In this document: positions 40,013-48,648 of the stretch, piece by piece
Position numbering within the stretch: the stretch's first letter is position 1
Layout: every line of letters starts with the position of its first letter
NCBI GenBank assembly: GCA_028280405.1
Contig: JANQLW010000032.1
Span: forward strand, 9,816 to 73,815
DNA length: 64,000 nt
DNA from: Bacteroidales bacterium
GTDB taxonomy: Bacteria > Bacteroidota > Bacteroidia > Bacteroidales > GCA-2711565
Reading direction: 5' to 3'
Program-made: the position numbers and the translations under genes
The notes under the pieces: model-generated
The model's input: the letters and a program-made list of their open reading frames with translations, nothing else
The model's database searches: none
Told to the model about the DNA's origin: nothing

Positions 40013-40612
40013 TTATTCAATATTATCAAGTAAATTTTTAACCTTGGTTACCACTCCATCAAGGTCACTACTTACATTCTTAGAACCTTTATGATGAATT
40101 TTCCCAGCGGTATCAATTACAATCAGGCGATCATATGTTGTTCCATAATCGGATGCCACTGAAGAAGCATTCTTAAGAAGCGGGAATGTAACATTGGTAG
40201 CATCTTTAAATCCTTGTACCGCAGAATTATTGCCATTCCATTGATCAAGGCCTAAAATTGCAAAATTGCTATCGGATTTATATTCATCGTTCAATTTACT
40301 TTCTACACTCGGAGCAACTGCTCTGCATGAAGATCATCCATTGCCGAAAAAGAATAAGACTACAACTTTATCTTTATAATCAGATAATGAAATGGTACTA
40401 CCTGATAAGGCTGTTAAACTAAAACTTGGTGCTGTAGTTGCACTTCCTCCATCACCATTGCCGTTTCCATTGCCGTTTCCGTTCCCATTTCCATTGTCAG
40501 GATTCATTCCATCCATTTCGTCTCCACTACAAGAAAACATTAACCCTGCAGAGACTAAAATGAAGACAGATTGAAGAAAATACTTGTAAATATCTTTTGT
40601 TAGATTTTTCAT
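40013..40612 (-). CDS. Candidate selenoprotein: thioredoxin-fold lipoprotein with UxxC (in-frame TGA at 40334-40336, residue 93 of 199)
   Basis: Two same-frame ORFs are joined by one TGA, reading ...KVVVLFFFGNG-U-SSC-RAVAP... The lipobox is LMFSC and a (GN)7 linker follows. A hairpin GAGC-AGUU-GCUC starts 10 nt after the UGA (plus-strand coordinates 40312-40323). Confidence 0.6.
40453..40497. repeat. Hexanucleotide tandem repeat encoding the (Gly-Asn)n linker
   Basis: The repeat ccattgccgtttcc encodes NGNGNGNGNGNGNGD just after the lipobox Cys. Confidence 0.7.
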
Positions 40613-40735
40613 GTTTATATGTTTTTTAATTATTTTAATTGTTTTTATTTAGAATGATTCTAAATATACAACAATAATTATTATGGTTTAAACTCAGATT
40701 ATTAAAATCAGCTTATTTAACAAAAAATTAACCAT

Positions 40736-40895
40736 TTCGATTGCTCTATTGTTCTATTGTTAAACTGTTCAATTGTTGAAAGTCCATAAAAACTGATAGC
40801 CTTTTGGCAAGCAATATAACCACCCTTTGCTAAAGCTGCGGGTGGAGATGCAATTTAAACAAGCAATGTAACAATAGAACAATAGAGCAATCGAA
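40736..40895. repeat. MITE-like element with perfect 27-bp terminal inverted repeats
   Basis: TTCGATTGCTCTATTGTTCTATTGTTA at 40736-40762 has its exact reverse complement at 40869-40895. An internal hairpin pairs CCACCC with GGGTGG. Confidence 0.7.
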
Positions 40896-40970
40896 CATGA
40901 AATAATAATTTTTCACCCTTTTTCACCATGCGTTTGTCAACATATTGTAAAAGCGCTTAAAAAAACATTT

Positions 40971-42134
40971 ATGAAAATTACGAGCCAAATATGGAACTTA
41001 TTAGCCCTCATCCTTTCAGGTGAAGCCTCTGAAAAAGACAGGCATGACTTTGAAAGCTGGCTGGCAGAAGCGCCTGAAAATCCTTACTTATTTGAAGAGC
41101 TAAAAGCCATTAGTGAGCAATCCCGTCCCACTGCTAAGTTTCAGACTAAAGATATTGAAGAGGCCTGGGCTCAGGTGAAAGCCCAGACACTTGGCCGAAA
41201 AAAGAAGATTGTTCCATTCCGGAAGTTTGTAAAATATGCTGCAGCTGCTTTTTTGATATTGGGAATCTCAGCTGTTATACTGATGCAACAGAAAAAGATT
41301 ACTCCTACTGTTGAGTTTTCAGAATCAACAGTCAAGCCAGGTAAAAGCAAAGCCATTCTCATATTGGATGATGGAAAAGAAATTGGGCTGACTGATGAAA
41401 AAATCAATTTATCCACTAAAGGCGTTCAGATACAAAACAATGCTAGTGGGCTCAGATACATTGCCGACAATAAAATAACTGAATCCGTAATAAACAAACT
41501 TATTGTTCCTAAAGGTGGGGAGTATCCCCTCACTCTTTCCGACGGCACAAAAATATGGTTAAACTCAGAATCGGAAATTACATATCCTGCTCCTTTTAGT
41601 GGAGAAATACGCAAGGTAAATATTATTAGTGGTGAAGTATATTTTGAAGTAGCTAAAGATACTGCCAAGCCTTTTATCGTCAGTATTAATAATAAAGCTG
41701 AAGTAGAAGTTCTGGGTACCCATTTCAATGTAAATGCATACCATGATGAAGCCGCAATCAAAACTACACTCGTTGAAGGTTCGGTTAAAGTCTCATCACT
41801 AATTACGAATGACAGATCACTGATCACACCCGGCCAACAAGCAGGTATCAATGAAGGCGGATATATTGAGGTAAAAGAAGTGGATACAAAATTATATACT
41901 TCATGGAAAGACGGGCAATTTTACTTCAACGATTGTACATTGGAAGCTTTGATGCATTCTTTATCCCGTTGGTACGATTTTGAGGTAGATTATGAGGATG
42001 AGAGTCTGAAAGGCCTCCGTTTTACCGGACTGATAGAAAAACACAACCCTATCGAATACGGATTAAAATTGATAAGCTATACCACTGTGGTATCGTTTAA
42101 GATCGTAGGGAATGCTATTATAGTGAAAAAGTAA
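40971..42134 (+). CDS. FecR family anti-sigma factor
   Basis: TM segment AAAAFLILGISAVILM and FecR core VPKGGEYPLTLSDGTKIWLNSESEITYP. Confidence 0.85.
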   Translation: MKITSQIWNLLALILSGEASEKDRHDFESWLAEAPENPYLFEELKAISEQSRPTAKFQTKDIEEAWAQVKAQTLGRKKKIVPFRKFVKYAAAAFLILGISAVILMQQKKITPTVEFSESTVKPGKSKAILILDDGKEIGLTDEKINLSTKGVQIQNNASGLRYIADNKITESVINKLIVPKGGEYPLTLSDGTKIWLNSESEITYPAPFSGEIRKVNIISGEVYFEVAKDTAKPFIVSINNKAEVEVLGTHFNVNAYHDEAAIKTTLVEGSVKVSSLITNDRSLITPGQQAGINEGGYIEVKEVDTKLYTSWKDGQFYFNDCTLEALMHSLSRWYDFEVDYEDESLKGLRFTGLIEKHNPIEYGLKLISYTTVVSFKIVGNAIIVKK

Positions 42135-42351
42135 TTTGAAAAGGAGACAACTTGACAATGAACGTAATTTTAGAAATAAGACAGCAGATATTGACTTTAG
42201 AAATCCAACATCCAAAAAAGAAAGGAGGAATATCGATTAACTAACAATAAAGCTTAAAACAAAAAAAGGGAGATGCTCCAACATCCCCCTAAATAAACAA
42301 TTCACAAACCGAATAACTAAAACAATTTATGAACTTGTAAACTACAAAAGT

Positions 42352-45300
42352 ATGAAAAAAAACGTACTATTGAATTTTGGGGTTTTTCCCAATAATTGGA
42401 AAAAAATCCTATTGATTATGAAGCTAAGTTTGATCTTTATTTTTTCTGCGATGCTGGCTACAGCTGCCAACAGCTATGGGCAGGAAGGGAAAATTAGTTT
42501 GTCGCTAAAAAACACAAATATTGAGCAGGTACTTAAAAACATTACTGCTCAAACCGGCTATGAATTTATTTACAATAATGATGCCTTTGATGCCGAACTT
42601 AAGGTGGATATTGATGTAAAACAGGCTGACATCCAAAATGTGCTTACACAACTGCTGGATGAGCAATATAGTTATAAGATAGAGGATAAATTTATTGTAA
42701 TCTTTCCGGCATCCTCCACTTCAGAATTAGCATCCATTACCGTAACCGGTAAAGTAACGGACTCAGATGGAAAACCCCTGCCCGGTGCTACTGTATTAAT
42801 AAAAGGCACCTTTAAGGGTATAATCACGGATCAGGAAGGAAAATATAAAATCTCTGAGGTAACCCCTGAGACAATATTGGTATTTTCTTATATCGGTTTT
42901 GCAAAGCAGGAAATTACGGTAGGCAACAAGACCACCATCAATGTTACCTTGGAGCAATCTGCTACCGAATTGGAAGAAGTGACGATTAACGCCGGCTATT
43001 ATACCGTAAAACAAAAAGAAGCAACAGGAAATATCACTAAGGTAGCTGCCAAAGCAATAGAACAGCAGCCGGTAACCAACCCCTTACAAGCCCTGCAAGG
43101 CAGAACCCCGGGTGTTTTTATTTCTCAAAGAACCGGGCTCCCCGGAAGCGGCTTTGATATAGAAATAAGGGGTCGAAACAGCATTAGAAATTGGTCAAAT
43201 AATGATGGAAATCTTCCTTTATACATCATAGATGGAGTCCCTTATGTTTCCGAGTCACTTTCTACAAATCAGTTTGGTTCTATGATTTCTCGTTCAAGTC
43301 CTTTGAACAATATTAATCCCTCTGATATTGAAAGTATTGAAATTCTGAAGGATGCGGATGCAACGGCCATTTATGGTTCGAGGGGAGCCAACGGGGTGGT
43401 ATTGATCACAACGAAAAAGGCCAGGGCCAGCCAGACAAGCCTAGAAATAAACCATTGGATGGGAATTGAACAGGTGCCGCGCAAAATGGAGCTGTTAAAT
43501 ACCGAGCAATACCTGGAAATGCGCCTGGAGGCCTTTAAAAATGACGGGCAAACACCCGATCCAAATAATCCACAGCACTTGGATGTGTTGGAATGGGGGA
43601 GCCGCTATACAGATTGGCAGGAAGAGTTCATAGGAGGAACCGCGAACCTCTCCAACACAAATATCGTCATATCCGGTGGTAATGAAAATACAAGGTTTTC
43701 GCTTGGAGGAACCCTGTACCGCACAACCACCGTTTTCCCGGGAGATTTTTCCTATTTGCGTGGATCAGGCCGCTTTAACCTGAATCATACGAGCCATAAT
43801 AAGAAGTTCAATATAGACTTTACAAGCTTTTACAATACAGGCAGAAATGAGCTTCCTAATGGTGATCTTACTCGTGCTGCTTTAACCCGAGTACCTAATG
43901 CTCCCTCCCTTTTGAACGAAGATGGGAGCCTTAAGTGGGATGATCCTATTGGAGGAAATCCGTTAGCAACACTAAGGAGACAATATCTTGTAAAAACAAG
44001 TAATTTTAATACTAATCTAAGGCTATCCTGGCAATTTACCCCAAAGCTGAAATTAAGCACAAGTTTAGGCTATAACCGGTTACAGCAAAGCGAATTAAGG
44101 ACTAGACCTATCTCAGCTAACAATCCTGCATGGGGTAATACTACCGGAGAGGCTGACTTTACGGAGGGATTGAATTATTTATGGATTATCGAACCCCAAC
44201 TTAAATATACTACTCAATTAGGACCCGGAAGGCTTGGAGTCATTATAGGGGGGACTTTTCAGGAAAATATCAATGAACTTGAAACCACAAGGGCAAGAGG
44301 TTTTCAGGACGATAATTCATTAGAAAACATTGCTGCGGCCGGCGAAACATCCATTCTGGAATATCGCTATACTCAGTATCGATACAGCGCTATTTACGGA
44401 CGTATCAATTACAAGCTGGATGATAAGTACATCCTTAACCTAACTGGCCGTAGAGATGGTTCCAGTAAATTCGGGTCCGACAAAAAATTTGGGAATTTCG
44501 GAGCTATAGGAGCGGCTTGGATCTTTTCAAAGGAAGAATTTTTCAAAGAAAATTCGATATTAAGTTTTGGAAAACTAAGAAGTAGTTACGGTATTATCGG
44601 GAGCGATCAGATCCCGGATTATCAGTACCTGAGCTCCTATCGTTATACAGGTGATTCATACCAGGGAACCCCTTCGCTCTTACCGAACAGAATTGCCAAT
44701 CCTGAATTTAGCTGGGAATCAACCAGGCAATTGGAAGTGGGACTGGAACTGGGTTTCTTTGACGACAGGATCAATACATCTGCAAGCTATTTCAGAAAAC
44801 GGACATCCAATCAACTGGTAGGTTTTGACCTACCCGATATTACCGGCTTCTCCTCCTTTCAATTCAATATGCCGGCTACGGTTGAAAACAAAGGCTGGGA
44901 ATTTTTACTCTCGACCACAAACATCCGTACCAAAGATTTCAGGTGGACTTCCAGCTTAAATCTAAGTGCCTTACGTAATAAACTCATTGAATACCCGAAT
45001 ATTGAAAGTTCCCCTTATGCTAATCGATATCGTATTGGTAAGTCTCTTTACATAAGAGGCTTTTATGACACCTCTGTGGATCCCGAAATTGGTATGTATA
45101 CCTTTGAAGATCTCAATGGAGATGGAAGGGTTACTTATGCAGATGACCGGAGATTTTATGACTTCAGGAAAGATTACTTCGGTGGTTTTCGAAATAATCT
45201 CAGATACAAAAATATTGAGCTGGATTTTCTTTTCCGCTTTGTCAAACAAAAAGGACAAAGTTACTTTACATACTTTGGGCCTCAGGGTTTTCCCGGAAAC

Positions 45301-45645
45301 CAGCCAACAGCAGTTTTAGATCGTTGGCAACAAGCCGGAGATGTAAGCGATATCCAACAATTCACCCAAGGTTTTACATCAGCCCTATGGAAGTGGTTTG
45401 ATGCATTCTATAATTCGGATGAAATAATTATAAATGCTTCCTTTATAAGGCTGGAAAATGTTTCCTTAGCCTACAACTTCCCAGCTCAGCTTCTTAAACA
45501 AATAAATGTAAAACAATTAAGGATTTATTTGCAGGTCCAGAATCTTTTTACCATTACGAATTTTAAAGGCTTGGATCCTGAAACTTGGTATATGTCCTTG
45601 CCACGCCTAAGGAGTATTACAGCAGGTATTCAGTTAAAATTTTAA
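42352..45645 (+). CDS. SusC/RagA-type TonB-dependent transducer with an STN domain (paralog of 7179-10505)
   Basis: STN segment (LKNTNIEQVLKNITAQTGYEFIY). It shares blocks with the first SusC (FSYIGFAKQEI.VGNKTTINVTLEQSATELEEV, IEILKDADATAIYGSRGANGVVLITTKK) and ends in Phe. Confidence 0.9.
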   Translation: MKKNVLLNFGVFPNNWKKILLIMKLSLIFIFSAMLATAANSYGQEGKISLSLKNTNIEQVLKNITAQTGYEFIYNNDAFDAELKVDIDVKQADIQNVLTQLLDEQYSYKIEDKFIVIFPASSTSELASITVTGKVTDSDGKPLPGATVLIKGTFKGIITDQEGKYKISEVTPETILVFSYIGFAKQEITVGNKTTINVTLEQSATELEEVTINAGYYTVKQKEATGNITKVAAKAIEQQPVTNPLQALQGRTPGVFISQRTGLPGSGFDIEIRGRNSIRNWSNNDGNLPLYIIDGVPYVSESLSTNQFGSMISRSSPLNNINPSDIESIEILKDADATAIYGSRGANGVVLITTKKARASQTSLEINHWMGIEQVPRKMELLNTEQYLEMRLEAFKNDGQTPDPNNPQHLDVLEWGSRYTDWQEEFIGGTANLSNTNIVISGGNENTRFSLGGTLYRTTTVFPGDFSYLRGSGRFNLNHTSHNKKFNIDFTSFYNTGRNELPNGDLTRAALTRVPNAPSLLNEDGSLKWDDPIGGNPLATLRRQYLVKTSNFNTNLRLSWQFTPKLKLSTSLGYNRLQQSELRTRPISANNPAWGNTTGEADFTEGLNYLWIIEPQLKYTTQLGPGRLGVIIGGTFQENINELETTRARGFQDDNSLENIAAAGETSILEYRYTQYRYSAIYGRINYKLDDKYILNLTGRRDGSSKFGSDKKFGNFGAIGAAWIFSKEEFFKENSILSFGKLRSSYGIIGSDQIPDYQYLSSYRYTGDSYQGTPSLLPNRIANPEFSWESTRQLEVGLELGFFDDRINTSASYFRKRTSNQLVGFDLPDITGFSSFQFNMPATVENKGWEFLLSTTNIRTKDFRWTSSLNLSALRNKLIEYPNIESSPYANRYRIGKSLYIRGFYDTSVDPEIGMYTFEDLNGDGRVTYADDRRFYDFRKDYFGGFRNNLRYKNIELDFLFRFVKQKGQSYFTYFGPQGFPGNQPTAVLDRWQQAGDVSDIQQFTQGFTSALWKWFDAFYNSDEIIINASFIRLENVSLAYNFPAQLLKQINVKQLRIYLQVQNLFTITNFKGLDPETWYMSLPRLRSITAGIQLKF

Positions 45646-45656
45646 ACAAAGTCATT

Positions 45657-47069
45657 ATGAAAAATACAATCTATACAACTAAGCTGACATATAAAAAGCC
45701 ATTGAGCTTTCTAACGATCATTTTTTGTCTATGCCTAATCTTTTCATGCGAAAAATTCGTAGACATTGACTCCCCCATTACGGAAGTCATTACCGAAGAT
45801 GTTTTTTCCAGTGATGCTACCGCAAATGCTGCTATCATAGGGATGTACTCCAATATGTTTGATAATTCCAGTATTTCAACCCAGTTAACGCGGGAAACAA
45901 GTCTAGCCTCAGATGAGTTGATCGATGTTTCAACGCAATTACCTTTGGGACAATTTTTCAATAACGGCTTAACCTCTGATAATTCTCATGTCTCCCGATT
46001 TTGGACTCAACTATACAAACTCATTTTCTCTGCCAATGATGCGATTGAAGGATTGAAAATTTCAAATCGGGTATCGAAAAACTTAAAAAATCAACTCATG
46101 GGCGAAGCTTATTTTATGAGGGCTTTTTGTCATTTCTATCTAGTTTCTTTATGGAGTGACGTTCCTTTGGTAACTTCTACGGATTATAGAGTGAATAGAC
46201 TAGCCTCAAGAAGCCCGGAAGTTGATGTATTTCAACAGATCATTGATGATTTGACGGAGTCTAAAAGCCTTTTATCGGAAGATTATTCTTTTTCTGGTGG
46301 AGAACGGTTCCGTCCGAATAAATTTACAGCTTCTGCTTTGTTGGCAAGGGTTTACCTGTATACAGAGGCCTGGGAAAATGCAGAAACGGAATCGACCATG
46401 GTCATCAATCATTCAGCCTATGAACTCTTATCCGATTTAAATGCGATTTTTCTTGAAAACAGCCGGGAGGCCATTTGGCAATTGCAATCATTTAATAATG
46501 AAGGTACCAATACCCATGATGGAAACATATATATCATTCTGCAAACACCTCCAACAATTGTAACATTGAGAGATGAACTTGCTGATTCGTTTGAATCCAA
46601 TGATGACAGAAAAAATCATTGGATTGACAGTATCTCTGATGATTCTCAAACCTATTATTTTGCTTATAAATATAAAATCCGGGGTGCTAATACGACGCTT
46701 CCTATCACAGAAGCTATGGTATTCTTCCGCTTGGCTGAGCAATACCTGATCCGGGCTGAAGCACGTGCAAATACCGGAAATATTTCCGGAGCCCAGGCCG
46801 ATATTAATATGATCCGTAACCGGGCCGGCCTTCCGAACACAACAGCAACTGATCAGGCATCCTTGCTGCTGGCCATTGAAAAGGAGAGAAAGCATGAACT
46901 CTTTACAGAAGGCAGCCACCGATGGATGGATTTAAAACGAACAGGCCGGATAGATGAGGTCTTAGGTTTAGTCAAACCGGGTTGGGACCCGCATGACAAA
47001 CTATTTCCCATCCCGAAAGATGAACTTACGGATAATCCGAATTTGACTCAAAATCCGGGATATAATTAA
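45657..47069 (+). CDS. SusD/RagB family lipoprotein
   Basis: The preferred ATG at 45657 gives MKNTIYTT... with the lipobox LIFSCEKF. Motifs RAFCHFYLVSLW and RWMDLKRTG. The C-terminus is NLTQNPGYN. Confidence 0.9.
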   Translation: MKNTIYTTKLTYKKPLSFLTIIFCLCLIFSCEKFVDIDSPITEVITEDVFSSDATANAAIIGMYSNMFDNSSISTQLTRETSLASDELIDVSTQLPLGQFFNNGLTSDNSHVSRFWTQLYKLIFSANDAIEGLKISNRVSKNLKNQLMGEAYFMRAFCHFYLVSLWSDVPLVTSTDYRVNRLASRSPEVDVFQQIIDDLTESKSLLSEDYSFSGGERFRPNKFTASALLARVYLYTEAWENAETESTMVINHSAYELLSDLNAIFLENSREAIWQLQSFNNEGTNTHDGNIYIILQTPPTIVTLRDELADSFESNDDRKNHWIDSISDDSQTYYFAYKYKIRGANTTLPITEAMVFFRLAEQYLIRAEARANTGNISGAQADINMIRNRAGLPNTTATDQASLLLAIEKERKHELFTEGSHRWMDLKRTGRIDEVLGLVKPGWDPHDKLFPIPKDELTDNPNLTQNPGYN

Positions 47070-47168
47070 AGGCTCTTCGGCGAAGGCACGTTTGGCGAAG
47101 GCTTCGGCCTTCGTCAATAACCACACAACCACTAAATAGATCATTAAAAATTAAATAAATAGAAAAAA

Positions 47169-48446
47169 ATGAGAAGAAAAACATTATTCCTCACTTTTGC
47201 CTTATTTACCAGCACATTATTTGCTCAAAACAATGCCGGGCAATCAACAATTTCCATTGGAGATGAGGTACCCAATCTGAAATTTTCAAAAATGGTTAAC
47301 TATCCTGCAAAAGAGATAGCCTTGCATGAGCTGAAAGACAAACTAATTATTCTTGATTTTTGGGCCAAATGGTGATGGGGTTGTATCAAAGACTTTCCAA
47401 GGTTGGATAAGCTACAACGACAATTTGACGGGGAAATTCAAATTTTGCCCTATGCGGAAGAAAAGCTGGAAAAAGTTGAAGATATTTTTGCCAGGATAAA
47501 AAAACAAATGGATCTTATTTTGCCCAGTGCTTCGGAGACAAGCATTCCCAAAGTAATTAACTCGAATAAGAAAATATGGATATACAAAGGTAAATTAATT
47601 GCTAAAACCGGAACACTTGAAGTAAATGCTGAAAATATTGAAGCCGTATTGAACGGTGGTGAGATTAAGTATAAAGGACTCAGAAATAAAAAAAAGAAAG
47701 AGTTTGAACATTTAAATGATTTTAACGGACTGCAATTAAATCATTCCGTATTGAGGAAAAATATTGGGGAAAAATTCCAATCAGCATTATCCAAAGGAAT
47801 GAAAGGGTATGATGTTGACTCGAAATATAAAATGCCCAAAGAAGATGATAAGGTTTACGGAAGAAGATACATTAATTTTACTATTTCTCTACTATATATT
47901 AGAGCTTATGATCTTCCTTCCATATCAGAATGGGTTATTGAAGTCGCGGATAAAAAACATTTTTATCCCGGGTATGGAATGGAAAATGCATCCAATACCT
48001 ATTGCTATGAAATAATGGCTTCGAATGATGAAAACATGGGTTTTAGAGATATCCATAAAGAGGCTAATAAAATAATGCAGAAAGACCTGGAAAAGGTATT
48101 TAACATTACAGTAAAAAAAGAGAAAAGAAATATTAAGGTATACGTACTTAGGAAAATGAAGGGTTATGAGAAATTGATTAGCAAAGGCGGTGAAAAAAAA
48201 ATGGAAGCAACAGCCTTTTTTATCAATTATCAAAACATGCCTTTTTCTGCTTTGGTAAAAAAAATTGAATACTGTTTGGAAACAGGTTTTTTAATTGATG
48301 AAACCGGGCTTGATATAAATGTTGACCTTGACATTAATGTACGAACCTATGATTATAAAGAAATGAAACAAGCCCTAAAAGAATATGGCCTTGAATTAAC
48401 AATAGAAGAAAGAGAACGGGAAGTGTTTGTGATAAAAGAAATTTAA
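47169..48446 (+). CDS. Candidate selenoprotein: TlpA-like thioredoxin domain with UxxC (TGA at 47373-47375, residue 69 of 425) fused to a DUF3738/TIGR03435-like domain
   Basis: Same-frame ORFs 47169-47375 and 47403-48446 read ...LIILDFWAKW-U-WGC-IKDFPRLDKLQ... This aligns with the WCGPC and WCKPC motifs of the Cys paralogs at 12052-13656 and 39502-39990. A signal peptide is present and a candidate hairpin lies at 47380-47418. Confidence 0.6.
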
Positions 48447-48474
48447 GACGTTTGAAGTTTATGTTTATGTCTAC

Positions 48475-48590
48475 GTCATCCTGTCTGCCAGAGGTCGAAG
48501 CTAGCTCTTACCCTAATCGATTGCAACCACGCCTCGACAAGCTCGGCGGCCTGGGTCATTGAGCGAAGCGTAGCGTAGTCGAAATGCGAC
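48475..48590. repeat. Degenerate member of the GTCATCCTG / GAGCGAAGCG repeat family
   Basis: GTCATCCTG..., CCTCGACAAGCTCG and GTCATTGAGCGAAGCGTAGCG lie between the two candidate selenoprotein genes. Confidence 0.4.
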
Positions 48591-48648
48591 CAATACCAAC
48601 AAGGCCGAACGAAATAGAGATAAAAAAACAAAAATTAATTTATAAATA

